Below are positions 41,198-50,445 of a stretch of 64,000 nt of DNA, piece after piece; positions within the stretch are counted from its first letter, which is position 1, and the number at the start of each line of letters is the position of its first letter. The notes under the pieces are model-generated. The model ran no database searches and had not been told where the DNA came from. It was given only the letters and a program-made list of their open reading frames with translations. The DNA is taken from positions 96,001 through 160,000 of the forward strand of contig CAWDRG010000022.1 in assembly GCA_963804645.1 (NCBI GenBank), given 5' to 3'. This DNA is from an uncultured Bacillota bacterium (GTDB lineage Bacteria > Sysuimicrobiota > Sysuimicrobiia > Sysuimicrobiales > Segetimicrobiaceae). Position numbers and translations under genes: made by a program.

Positions 41198-41938
41198 ATG
41201 AAATGGCCGCTGTGGCTGAAACGGGCGACCATGGCCCTTGTGTGTGGAGGCGGGGTGTTTCTAGGGGCAGGCGCGGCACAGGCCATCCCGGTGACCTTGA
41301 CCGGAACCGCGTGGCTTAACCAACCCGCCTCAGTGTCCATGAATGCGTCGCTTCCCACTCCCGCCTTCCCGCCGGATCTGACGTTTACGGTGACAACGAG
41401 CAACGATCTCTTCTTCAGCTCGTGCTTGACTCTTTCGCCCAGTGGGGTATGTACGGCGCCGACGAATGCGTATACCGTCGGCACTTGGTTGAACACCCCG
41501 CCCGTCGTCGGTACGCAGGTCCTCGGGAGCTTTGCTAGCCCCAGCGGGTTGGGCGTCGCGAACGCCCTGGCCAATACCGTGGACAACTCGTACTGGGACT
41601 TTCAGGGGATCGTAAACGTGACGAGCGGCGAGGTGTTCACGGTGACCCACGACGACGGCGCGACCTTCCTCGTCAATGGCGTTGCTATCCCAGGCATCAG
41701 CCCGAACCCGACGGGACCAATCCAGGACATCATCACGTATACTGGCCCGACCCTCGCCAACGCGTTGTTCGAGATGGTCTACAGTGAGTGCTGCACCGCT
41801 CCGGCGGTATTCGAAACCGACTTCCCTACCTGTGGGTGTATCATCACTCCAGTTCCTGAACCCGGCAGTCTGGCGTTGCTCGGCACCGGCGCCTTTGGGC
41901 TCATCGCATTCGCCCGGAGACGTTTCCGAGTACTGTAG
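41198..41938 (+). CDS. PEP-CTERM sorting domain protein
   Basis: Signal peptide; THDDG motif; C-terminal VPEPGSLALLGTG, TM helix and RRR tail. Confidence 0.9.
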   Translation: MKWPLWLKRATMALVCGGGVFLGAGAAQAIPVTLTGTAWLNQPASVSMNASLPTPAFPPDLTFTVTTSNDLFFSSCLTLSPSGVCTAPTNAYTVGTWLNTPPVVGTQVLGSFASPSGLGVANALANTVDNSYWDFQGIVNVTSGEVFTVTHDDGATFLVNGVAIPGISPNPTGPIQDIITYTGPTLANALFEMVYSECCTAPAVFETDFPTCGCIITPVPEPGSLALLGTGAFGLIAFARRRFRVL

Positions 41939-42057
41939 TCGCCAGAAGTGGTCGCTGAGATGGGTCGCCGCACGTGACGTTCTTCTCCCCGGCGATCAGC
42001 GGCGAGGACTATTCTGTTACCCGTCAGTATACGCTCCAATCGTATTGCTCTTCGTCG

Positions 42058-42411
42058 TCAGTTACTGTCGGTCTCCTTTTGATGTGAACCGGACGCGGCC
42101 TCCTCGAGGTCTTCAAACTGCGTGATCTCGTAGTCTCCCTCAGGGAACTCCGCGATGATTCGCAATCGACCATGCATGGCTTCCACATAACTGCGAAGGG
42201 TGCTGATATAGGCGTCGGTGCGATGTTCTAACTTCGAGATTTCACCTTGCGAGGTATTCATATCCTTTGCGAGTGTTTGCTGCGAGAGTGTACGCGCACG
42301 CCGCAACTCTTGAAGAGGCATGGCGGCGAGAATAGCCTCTGCACGCTCCTTTGCGCGAACCTGGCGATCTAGCGGCATTTTCCCACGTAGACGAGCGAAC
42401 TTTTTAGCCAT
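42058..42411 (-). CDS. higA: XRE-HTH antitoxin (HigA-like)
   Basis: LQELRRARTLSQ..LA...SQ.EISKLE.RTD..ISTLRSYVEAM.GRL. Confidence 0.88.
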   Translation of the reverse strand: MAKKFARLRGKMPLDRQVRAKERAEAILAAMPLQELRRARTLSQQTLAKDMNTSQGEISKLEHRTDAYISTLRSYVEAMHGRLRIIAEFPEGDYEITQFEDLEEAASGSHQKETDSN

Positions 42412-42781
42412 GTCGCTGCTCCTCTCGGCCTATCTCCGCTAAGTGTTCATCATAAAGACGATCGGCGACTGGGATATACGAGCTGTAAAACTCTTCATCT
42501 GTAAACCCCTTCTTGTCGGCCCCGATAAACAAGATCGCAGTCCGACGTGGATCGAAAGCGTACAGGATTCGAATGGGATGTCCCCGGCTCTGAACGATGC
42601 GCTCGCGCATGTTCCGATGCCGGGAGCTTTTGACAGTATCCGCGTGAGGCCGCATCAATGCCGGACCACGAGCCTCAAGCAAGTGTACAAACACGTCAAT
42701 GTCCTCTTGAGTCTCGGCATCTAAAGTGGTCCACCACTCTTCAAACTGGTCTGTGTATTCGACCTCCCACGGACCGACCAT
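42404..42781 (-). CDS. higB: RelE/HigB-like toxin (gp49 type)
   Basis: WEVEYTDQFEEWW, GP.L.RPHADT and RILYAFDPRRTAIL.IG.DK motifs; toxin-first gene order. Confidence 0.9.
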   Translation of the reverse strand: MVGPWEVEYTDQFEEWWTTLDAETQEDIDVFVHLLEARGPALMRPHADTVKSSRHRNMRERIVQSRGHPIRILYAFDPRRTAILFIGADKKGFTDEEFYSSYIPVADRLYDEHLAEIGREEQRHG

Positions 42782-42787
42782 GGCTGA

Positions 42788-42819
42788 AGTATAGGGGGGG
42801 GAGGGAATTATTCTGTCAA
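42788..42819 (-). promoter_or_regulatory. higBA promoter: TTGACA-N20-TATACT with a C8 tract in the spacer
   Basis: + strand AGTATA 42788-42793, G8 run 42794-42801, TGTCAA 42814-42819; ATG 6 nt after the -10 box. Confidence 0.6.
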
Positions 42820-43012
42820 GCCTATGTCGCGGTGGTGCGAGGCGGGACCAAGGAGCCCCCACCCTAGCCCTTGTGGAATAAGGCTTAGCGATGCCTCGCG
42901 GTACGTGGGCGTGGGGGGGACCGCACGAACGCGGGAAGCACCGCACAGTGCGGGCACCGGCATCAACGTTCAGCCCACCGCAGCGTCGTGCAGTCGGATG
43001 CAGCCGAGTACG

Positions 43013-43040
43013 TGGTGGAGGCGGCGCTAATCGAACCCGC
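43013..43040 (-). repeat. Copy of the tmRNA 3' end (att)
   Basis: 26/28 identical to 55264-55291. Confidence 0.9.
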
Positions 43041-43129
43041 GGCCTGTGCTCCTCTTCGACACTTTGCCAGCGGATCTCGATGCGGACCCGCGTCGGGCCA
43101 ATATTGTACGTGGCAAGCGGGCGCTGATG

Positions 43130-43152
43130 AGTATATACTAAGTGTGTATACA
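43130..43152 (+). promoter_or_regulatory. Paired palindromes; probable vapBC promoter/operator now separated from its genes by IS256
   Basis: AGTATATACT (43130-43139) and TGTATACA (43145-43152), lying just upstream of the vapB RBS once the IS is removed. Confidence 0.55.
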
Positions 43153-43173
43153 ATGTCATTGGTGTCGGAGGAA

Positions 43174-44542
43174 GAGCTCTAGTCAAGAGATGTGGAAATT
43201 GCATCAAGCGGCGCCCTTCCTTTTCTTCGCTGACTCGAGCGCTTCCACGCCATTGACGAACTGAACGCCCTCGAGCACCTTGGCCACCAAGTGCGGTGCG
43301 TCGATTCGTCGCCACCGCTGCTCTGCACGGCGGATAAGTTGGAAGACGAGGTACAATCCAGTCTGCGCCTTACGCATGCGGCGTGTCGCGCGCGTGCGCA
43401 GTCGCACCGGATCAAAGACCGACTCGATCGGATTGGACGTCCGAAGACTCTTCCAGTGCTCCCGCGGGAACTCATAGTACGTGAGCAGCTCGGCCTGATG
43501 ATCCCGGAGGGAAGCCACCGCACGCGGGTAATCTCGCTCGAAGCGGAGCGCGAATTTCGTGATCCGGGCTTCGGCCTCGTCCCGCGTGGGCGCGGTGTAG
43601 ACGTCCCGCACGAGCGTGCGGGCCTCCGGCTGCAGGCGCTGCGGTAGCTTATCGAGCACGTTGAGCATCTTGTGACACCAGCAGAGTTGATGCCGCGCCG
43701 TCGGATACACCTCCCCGACCGCCGCCCAGAGTCCCAGGCCGCCATCCCCAATGAACACGCGCACGGTTTTGAGGCCACGCCGGCGCAGATCCCGCAACAC
43801 ATCGCGCCAGCTCTCGCGAGACTCGCGATAGCCTTCGACCATTGCCAGGAGCTCTTTCTGGCCGTCCTCCGTCACGCCGATGATGATCAGCACGGCCGTC
43901 TTCTCGTCGGCCGGCCCGGCTTTCAAGTAGAGCCCGTCGGCCCAACAATAAACGTAGCGCGCGTCGAGGCGTCGGTGGGTCCACGTCTCATAGTCCGCCT
44001 GCCAGCTGGCTTTCAAGCGGACGATCGACGTCGGACTCAGGGGCGCGGCCTCTCCCAGAACCGTGCGGAGGGCCGGCTCAAAGTCGCCGGTGGCCAGTCC
44101 TTGCAGATAGAGCTCGGGTAACAGGGCGCGGACGGCGTCGCTCGAGCGCTGATACCGCGGCAGCACGTGGGAGTGAAACGCTTCCGTGGTGTCGCTGACC
44201 CGTGGGGGCCGAACCTCGAGCGTCCCGCAACCCACCGCGATCTTGCGCGGCTTCCCGGCGCCATTCCGGTACCCGCGCCGCCGTGCCCCGCCGCGCTCAT
44301 AGCGAGCCCGGCCGAGGAATTCCTCCACTTCTTGCTCTAACGCGCCCGCCAGCATGCGCTGCGCGCCCTCACGCGCGAGGACGTCCAACGTCGCGCGTAC
44401 TTCCTCCTTGTCCAACCCCCCTTGTGGCTGATATCCTGGCATTGGCGTACTCCTTTCCCCTCCCCAGCAAGGGAGGTTCCGATGTGGGTGGATCTCGGAA
44501 AGGGTACGCCACTTGAATTTCCACACCCTTTGACATTAGCTC
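43174..44542 (-). mobile_element. IS256 family insertion sequence
   Basis: 27-bp imperfect IRs (GAGCT...GTCAA...TGTGGAAATT); 8-bp TSD CGGAGGAA (43166-43173 and 44543-44550). Confidence 0.93.
43204..44442 (-). CDS. IS256 transposase
   Basis: GYRNG, LYLQGL.TGD, WADG.Y.K, IGDG, C..HK and RTSNPIES motifs. Confidence 0.95.
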   Translation of the reverse strand: MPGYQPQGGLDKEEVRATLDVLAREGAQRMLAGALEQEVEEFLGRARYERGGARRRGYRNGAGKPRKIAVGCGTLEVRPPRVSDTTEAFHSHVLPRYQRSSDAVRALLPELYLQGLATGDFEPALRTVLGEAAPLSPTSIVRLKASWQADYETWTHRRLDARYVYCWADGLYLKAGPADEKTAVLIIIGVTEDGQKELLAMVEGYRESRESWRDVLRDLRRRGLKTVRVFIGDGGLGLWAAVGEVYPTARHQLCWCHKMLNVLDKLPQRLQPEARTLVRDVYTAPTRDEAEARITKFALRFERDYPRAVASLRDHQAELLTYYEFPREHWKSLRTSNPIESVFDPVRLRTRATRRMRKAQTGLYLVFQLIRRAEQRWRRIDAPHLVAKVLEGVQFVNGVEALESAKKRKGAA

Positions 44543-44558
44543 CGGAGGAAATCCTGGA

Positions 44559-44789
44559 ATGGCCAAGACACGGGTATTCCAGAGTGGAAATTCGCAGGCC
44601 GTACGTCTCCCAAAGCAATTCCAGTTTGACGTAGATGAAGTCGAGATCTTCCGGCGAGGCGATGAAGTTGTTCTCCGGAAGGTTCCTGACAATCTGACCG
44701 GGGCGTTCACCCTGCTCACAGGTCTGTCCAGAGACTTCATGGCCGGTGGCCGGAGTCAGCCATCTACTCAGAAGCGCCGCGGTCTCTGA
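44559..44789 (+). CDS. vapB: VapB antitoxin (AbrB/MazE fold)
   Basis: VFQSGNSQAVRLPK.F.F. Confidence 0.93.
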   Translation: MAKTRVFQSGNSQAVRLPKQFQFDVDEVEIFRRGDEVVLRKVPDNLTGAFTLLTGLSRDFMAGGRSQPSTQKRRGL

Positions 44790-45193
44790 TGCGATACCTA
44801 ATCGATACGGATACATGCATCGCAGTCGCCAGACAAAGGCCGATGCACGTTCTCGAGCGGCTCCGGCGACTGAGGCCGGGAGATGTCGGGATGTCGGTCG
44901 TGACATACTTGGAGCTGTGCTATGGCGCGCTAAAAAGTCAGGCCCCGAGCGCGAACTTCGAAAAACTAGCGACACTGGCGGGCTTGATTCCGCCGCTCCC
45001 GTTGGAGGCCAATACTGCATCGCACTACGCGCGTATCCGAGTAAAGCTCGAACGCAGCGGACGGCGTATTGGAGGATATGACATGCTTATTGCTGCCCAC
45101 GCGTTAACCTTACATTTGATCGTGATAACAAACAACGTCGCCGAGTTCTCACGAATTCAAGGACTTCGGTTGGAGAATTGGCTGGCACAGTAG
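44789..45193 (+). CDS. vapC: VapC PIN toxin
   Basis: YLIDTDTCI, EL.YGA.KS, IGGYDMLIAAHA and TNN..EFSRI.GL..ENW motifs. Confidence 0.93.
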   Translation: MRYLIDTDTCIAVARQRPMHVLERLRRLRPGDVGMSVVTYLELCYGALKSQAPSANFEKLATLAGLIPPLPLEANTASHYARIRVKLERSGRRIGGYDMLIAAHALTLHLIVITNNVAEFSRIQGLRLENWLAQ

Positions 45194-45218
45194 ATAAGTC
45201 AGTTCGAACTCGTTGCGT

Positions 45219-45244
45219 TGGTGGAGGCGGCGGGAATCGAAACC
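45219..45244 (-). repeat. Copy of the tmRNA 3' end (att), interrupted by IS256
   Basis: 27/28 identical after removing the IS and one TSD copy; sequence resumes at 46630. Confidence 0.9.
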
Positions 45245-46621
45245 GAGGTACCCTCAAAGGGTGTGTAAATGCTGAAGGCGGTGTATCCTCCTGAGAGAGA
45301 GACCAACAACCAGGCCTTGTCAGAGGCCCAGGGAGGAAACACACCGCCATGGACAAGCAGAACACGGATCACGACACGTCGTCAAGTCCCAGCTGGGACA
45401 AGTTGGAGGCCTGGGCTCGGATGCAGATCCAGACGTGGTTCCAGGATCTCCTCGAGGCGGAAGTCACGGAGCTGCTCGGGCGCCGCAAGGCGCAACGCCG
45501 ACCGGCCGTGGACGCGCCGGCGGGCTATCGCAACGGCTATGGCAAGCCGCGGCGGCTGACGCTGAGCGCCGGGACGATTACGGTGCGACGTCCGCGCACC
45601 CGCGGGCTGGAGGACCGGTTCGAGAGTCGGCTCTTGCCGTTGTTCGTCCGCCGGACGCGCGAAGTGAACGCCCTGCTGCCGGAGTTGTATCTGCATGGCC
45701 TGGCCCAGGGGGATTTGGCGCTGGCGCTGCGCGGGCTCCTGGGCGAGGCCGCGCCGCTGTCCGCGAGCACGGTGGCCCGGCTCACAGAGAAGTGGCAGGG
45801 GGAGTACGAGGCGTGGAACCAGCGCCGGGTGGACGAGCTGGAAGTGGTCTACCTCTGGGTCGATGGGGTCTATGTCAAGGCCGGTCTGGAGAAGGACAAG
45901 GCCGCGCTCCTGGTCGCGCTGGCGGGCTTGAGTGATGGCCGCAAGGTGCTCCTCGCCGTCGCGAGCGGGCCCCGGGAATCCACGGAGGCCTGGGGCACGT
46001 TCCTGCGGGCGCTGCGCGCGCGGGGGCTCTGCGCGCCGAAGCTGGTGATCGGGGATGGCCATCTGGGGATCTGGGGCGCGCTGCGCGACGTGTATCCGGA
46101 GGCGGCGGAGCAGCGGTGTTGGAATCACCGCATCGTCAACGTGCTGGACACGCTCCCCAAGCGCGCGCAACCGCAGGCCAAGCCCCTCCTGACCGCGATC
46201 GCGTACGCGGAGACGCGGGAGGAGGCCGAGCGGCGGAAGGCCGCCTTCCAGCGCTGGGCCACCGGCCGGGGGCACGAGGACGCCGTGCGCGTACTGGATC
46301 GCGACTGGGACCGGTTCGTCACCTTCTACCAGTTCCCCCGGGAGCACTGGTCACATCTGCGGACGTCGAACCCGGTGGAGTCACCCTTTGCGGCCTTGCG
46401 GTTGCGCACGGATGCCGCGAAACGCTTCAAGAAGGTTGCCAACGCGCGCGCGATCATCTGGAAGCTGTTGCTGGTCGCGGAGCGCCGCTTCCGACGGCTC
46501 ACCGCCCCGGAGCGTGCCACTGAGGTCTACCTAGGCGTGAAGTTCGTGAATGGCGTGAAAGTCACGACCAACGGTCAGGAGGTCGCCGCCTGAAGATTTA
46601 CACACCTATTGACGGAACCTC
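45245..46621 (+). mobile_element. IS256 family insertion sequence
   Basis: 26-bp IRs GAGGT.CC.TCAA..GGTGTGTAAAT; 8-bp TSD TCGAAACC (45237-45244 and 46622-46629). Confidence 0.93.
45349..46593 (+). CDS. IS256 transposase
   Basis: GYRNGYG, LYLHGL, WVDGVY.K, IGDG, QRCWNH and RTSNPVES motifs. Confidence 0.95.
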   Translation: MDKQNTDHDTSSSPSWDKLEAWARMQIQTWFQDLLEAEVTELLGRRKAQRRPAVDAPAGYRNGYGKPRRLTLSAGTITVRRPRTRGLEDRFESRLLPLFVRRTREVNALLPELYLHGLAQGDLALALRGLLGEAAPLSASTVARLTEKWQGEYEAWNQRRVDELEVVYLWVDGVYVKAGLEKDKAALLVALAGLSDGRKVLLAVASGPRESTEAWGTFLRALRARGLCAPKLVIGDGHLGIWGALRDVYPEAAEQRCWNHRIVNVLDTLPKRAQPQAKPLLTAIAYAETREEAERRKAAFQRWATGRGHEDAVRVLDRDWDRFVTFYQFPREHWSHLRTSNPVESPFAALRLRTDAAKRFKKVANARAIIWKLLLVAERRFRRLTAPERATEVYLGVKFVNGVKVTTNGQEVAA

Positions 46622-46798
46622 TCGAAACCGCGACCCCTGCTCTATCGCCTATCCCTGTCTACCTGCGCATGCGTCTGTAGAGCTTGCTGCGCAATGCGTT
46701 CACCCTCTTCTTCGACCACTGTTCATTCGTCCAATTCCGGCTATGGCTGGCAAGTGGTGTGACAATAGCGTGACAGCCACATCAGATCCTCCGGCCAC

Positions 46799-47040
46799 CT
46801 AGTGTCGCTGTGATCGCCCCAAACGGTATCCGACGGCTTGAATGGCCCCCGGTGAGGGGATGAGCGATGGAATCGGCGCGGATACCTCCCGACGCGCATC
46901 CGCGACGGTCGCATGGGCCTCCTGCCACGGAGCGAGTGCGTTCCGCATCCTCTGCACCACGTCGACGAACTCGGACGCGATTGACACGTTGACAGTGCCT
47001 GCTCCCTTCAACTCGCCGAGCAACCGGCCAAGATTCTAAG
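46799..47040 (-). pseudogene. C-terminal remnant of a gene typical of small integrative/satellite elements
   Basis: LLGELKGAGTVNVSIASEFVDVVQRMRNALAPWQEAHATVADA; next to GTGACA direct repeats (46759, 46770) and an att copy. Confidence 0.4.
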
Positions 47041-47261
47041 GAAGGACAGAACGGGCTCTTCTGGGGCTCGGGCTGCAGAAGACCGGGGTGATCTTCCGAG
47101 ACAAGGTGCTCAGGAGTATACTGAGGGTGAGTCGAAAAGCTAAAGTGAAAATTCCGGCTCAGGAGGGTGGTTTCGGTAGAAGCTGGTGAGGGTCAGGACC
47201 GCAGCGCAGCAATCTCCGTGCAGCGGGTCACAGGGTTCATGCTCGGAGGGGAGGCACCGAT

Positions 47262-48641
47262 ATGCGACGCCGGATGACTGCACTCGTGCTGCTCAGCGCG
47301 TTTGCGTTTGTCGTGCAGGGATGGGGCGGACTCGCTCCGATTCGGGCCGCCGGCCAGCAAACCGTCCACCTCACCGCCTGGACGATCGGGCCGGATGAAC
47401 CGTCCTACTACCGCAAGGACAACCTCCTGAGCGCCGCTGACGCGCTCAACAAGCAGCTGGCTGCCGAAGGCTCGGGGATCCGGGTCACTCTGGATGCGAC
47501 CTTCGCCACCGGAGGCGGACAGACGTGGGGCGCGTACAAACAGCGGTTCGTGCTGGCTGCGCAGTCGGGGAAGGCTCCCGACATTGTGGCGACCGGGAAC
47601 GAGGACATCGCGGCCTGGGCTGCTGCTGGCTACGTGATCCCCTTGGACACGTATGTGAAGCAGTACAAGCAGTTCGCGGACGTCATCCCATCACTCTGGA
47701 ATGCCACCAAGTTCGATGGGAGAATCTACGCGATTCCGCAAGATGTCGAGGCGAGACCCCTGTACTTTAGCATGCCGTTCCTGGCGAAGCTCGGATGGTC
47801 GCAGGACAAGATCGCGGGTCTGCCCAAGGCGATTGAGGCCGGCCAGTTCACGCTCACCGACATGTTGCAGACGGCCAAGGAGGCGCAGGACAAGGGGCTC
47901 GTGTTGAAGGGATACGGGTGGTGGATCCGTCCGATCAACGGGCCGGATTATTACATGTACTACGAAGCGTTCGGCGGCAAGATGACGGATGCAAGTGGCA
48001 AGTTGCTGCTCGACACCAAGGCGCTCCGTGGTGACTATTCGTTCTTCCACGACGCCGTGTTCACATATAGCGTGACGCCCAAGGATATCATCGGGACCGA
48101 TTGGAACAGCTGGCACGGGGCCGTAGTCGGAAAGCAGGTGCTGTTCACGCAGTGCGGGACATGGTGCTGGGCCCAGTGGATCCAGCAGTACAAAATGCCG
48201 GCCGATGAGGTGTGGAAGACGTACGGGTTCGCGCTCGTGCCCTCGGGCACCAAGGGCGGACGTCCCGTGACCCTGAGTCATCCGATCGTGTACATGATCA
48301 GCAAGTCGTCGCCACACGCGGACCTCGCGGCGCGCCTCCTGGCGCTCGCCACGACCCCGCAACTTAACGCCCGACACGCCGTGACGAGCGGCCATCTCGC
48401 GGTGCTCACTGATGAGGCACAGGTACCGGCGTACGCGCAGGACACGTTCGCGAAAGATACGATCTACATGCTGCGGTACACGACGTTCTTGCCGAACGAC
48501 GCACTCTTCGGCACCTATGACCAGGCAATCTGGGAGGGCCTCTCGGCCGTGGTTTCCGGCAAGATGACGGCGGACCAGGCCGTACAGACAGTCACGCAAC
48601 AGTTGCAGACGAACCTGAGCGACCACGTCGTTATCCGGTGA
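47262..48641 (+). CDS. Carbohydrate ABC transporter solute-binding protein
   Basis: Signal peptide; SGKAPDI, G...PLD and YAIPQD motifs (family 1 SBP). Confidence 0.9.
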   Translation: MRRRMTALVLLSAFAFVVQGWGGLAPIRAAGQQTVHLTAWTIGPDEPSYYRKDNLLSAADALNKQLAAEGSGIRVTLDATFATGGGQTWGAYKQRFVLAAQSGKAPDIVATGNEDIAAWAAAGYVIPLDTYVKQYKQFADVIPSLWNATKFDGRIYAIPQDVEARPLYFSMPFLAKLGWSQDKIAGLPKAIEAGQFTLTDMLQTAKEAQDKGLVLKGYGWWIRPINGPDYYMYYEAFGGKMTDASGKLLLDTKALRGDYSFFHDAVFTYSVTPKDIIGTDWNSWHGAVVGKQVLFTQCGTWCWAQWIQQYKMPADEVWKTYGFALVPSGTKGGRPVTLSHPIVYMISKSSPHADLAARLLALATTPQLNARHAVTSGHLAVLTDEAQVPAYAQDTFAKDTIYMLRYTTFLPNDALFGTYDQAIWEGLSAVVSGKMTADQAVQTVTQQLQTNLSDHVVIR

Positions 48642-49615
48642 AGCCGTCCCCGGAGAGCCTCTCCGGGAGGCCGGTCACCACGCAGGGTGCCGCCCGGCGT
48701 CGATGGACAGCGGGCGGCTATCCTACGTTGTTTCTGGCCCCCGCCGGGCTTGTCGTGCTGGCGCTGTTTCTCGCGCCAGCATTGCTGACGATCGTCATCA
48801 GCCTGACGAACTTGAGCGTGGCGACCGGGCTGACCCATTACCGTTGGATCGGGCTGGCCAACTACTCGCAGATCGCCCACAGCCCGTGGTTGAGCCTCAT
48901 TCTCTGGAACACCCTGATCTATGTGGCCTGCACCCTCGTTCTGTTCAACGTCGGGCTCGCGCTGGTGCTCGCGCTGCTGACCGCGCATCTGTCGGAGCGA
49001 GCGGCCGGAGTGTTCCGCGTCCTGTGGATGCTGCCGCGCATCACGCCCTCGGTCGTGTACGCGCTGATGTGGCGGTGGGCCGCCGCCCAGGCTCCGTACG
49101 GCACGCTGAGCCAACTCCTAGGGCTTTTCGGCATCCCCGGAAGGAACTGGATGAACGCGCACCCGTGGGCGTTCGTAATCGGCTTGAACGGGCTTGTCGG
49201 TGCGTCGTTCGGCATGATCATCTTCTCGTCCGCGATCACGGCCATCCCGCGCGATCAGTACCTTGCTGCCCAGGTCGATGGAGCATCGGCCTGGCAGCAG
49301 GTGTGGCGGATCACCTTGCCGCGGCTGCGATGGCCGGTTTTGTTCGTAACAGCGTACCAGACGCTATCGCTGTTGACGTCGTTCGAGTACATCCTGCTGA
49401 CAACCAACGGGGGCCCCGGGTTCTACACGACCGAGGTGTGGTCGCTGTACGCGTTCCATCTGGCGCTGTCCAACTACTTCGGGAACACGCAGTTCGGGCT
49501 CGGCGCCGCCCTCGCCGCGATTCTCGTGGTCCTCGGCGTCGGTGCCTCGGTCTGCTACCTCCGGCTCTTCCGGTTCAGCGAGCTCGTGGCGCCGCCACGG
49601 ATCGAGGTCAACTGA
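48638..49615 (+). CDS. Carbohydrate ABC permease
   Basis: WIGLANY, EAA-like loop AAQVDGAS.WQ..W.ITLP, LTTNGGPG. Confidence 0.92.
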   Translation: MKPSPESLSGRPVTTQGAARRRWTAGGYPTLFLAPAGLVVLALFLAPALLTIVISLTNLSVATGLTHYRWIGLANYSQIAHSPWLSLILWNTLIYVACTLVLFNVGLALVLALLTAHLSERAAGVFRVLWMLPRITPSVVYALMWRWAAAQAPYGTLSQLLGLFGIPGRNWMNAHPWAFVIGLNGLVGASFGMIIFSSAITAIPRDQYLAAQVDGASAWQQVWRITLPRLRWPVLFVTAYQTLSLLTSFEYILLTTNGGPGFYTTEVWSLYAFHLALSNYFGNTQFGLGAALAAILVVLGVGASVCYLRLFRFSELVAPPRIEVN

Positions 49616-49616
49616 G

Positions 49617-50444
49617 ATGCCGGTGGCGGCCCTCCGGTGGCGCTGGACGATGGGGGCCGCCCTGCTGGTACTGTCGGCCCCCATCGTCCTAACCTACGGA
49701 TGGTTGGTGATGGCGTCGTTCAGCGTCAGTACAACGGGCATTGTTCCGCACGGGTTCACGTGGGACAACTGGCGGTTCTTGTGGAGCACGCTGCCGAACG
49801 AGGCGAACGCGTGGGTAGCGGCCACAAACTCGCTGCTCTTTGCCGTGTCGCTGGCGCTCGCGGAGGTGCTCATCGGCTCGATGGCGGCGTACGCGCTCTC
49901 CCGCCTGAACTTCCGCGGACGCGGGGCGTTTCTTGCCTCCACCATGGTTCTGCATTCGTTCCCCAGCGTGACGCTCCTCATCGCGATCTTCCTGATTCTC
50001 CGCGTTCTCGGGCTCTACGACCAGCTCGGCGGCGTCATCCTGGTGAAGCTGGCCCTCGACCTGCCCCTCGGAATCTGGATCATGAAGGGGTTTTACGACG
50101 CGGTTCCCTGGGACATCGAGATGGCCGCGATGATGGACGGGTACTCTCGGCTACAGATCTGGTGGCGGGTAATGCTTCCGCTCATCTCGCCGGGGCTGTT
50201 CGCGTTCGGCATCTTCGCCTTCCTGAGCGGATGGAACGAGTTTCTGCTGCCGTACGTGCTGCTGCCGAGTCAGAACTCTCAAACGCTGTCGGTGTTGATG
50301 GCCAGCCTGTCCGGGGAGGAGCAGTACGCGGACTACGGGTTGGTGACGGCGCTCAGCGTATTCTACATCCTGCCCGCGGTCGTGTTCTTTGCGCTGACGC
50401 AGAAGTACCTTCTGCGAATTTTCACGGGGGGAGTGAAGGGGTAG
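49617..50444 (+). CDS. Carbohydrate ABC permease
   Basis: AAYALSR, EMAAMMDG, WNEF and GGVKG motifs. Confidence 0.92.
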   Translation: MPVAALRWRWTMGAALLVLSAPIVLTYGWLVMASFSVSTTGIVPHGFTWDNWRFLWSTLPNEANAWVAATNSLLFAVSLALAEVLIGSMAAYALSRLNFRGRGAFLASTMVLHSFPSVTLLIAIFLILRVLGLYDQLGGVILVKLALDLPLGIWIMKGFYDAVPWDIEMAAMMDGYSRLQIWWRVMLPLISPGLFAFGIFAFLSGWNEFLLPYVLLPSQNSQTLSVLMASLSGEEQYADYGLVTALSVFYILPAVVFFALTQKYLLRIFTGGVKG

Positions 50445-50445
50445 C

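Noticed and set aside
42833..42848. TGGTGCGAGGCGGGAC as another att or tRNA-Leu 3' end
   Set aside because: Needs indels to align and lacks the T loop; could be chance.
42782..43315. N-terminal extension of the toxin ORF (303 aa in the track)
   Set aside because: It crosses the IS end, an att copy and the promoter; the likely start is ATG 42781.
39556..45244. Classical integron
   Set aside because: No intI and no recognisable attC structures; the boundaries are tmRNA-derived.
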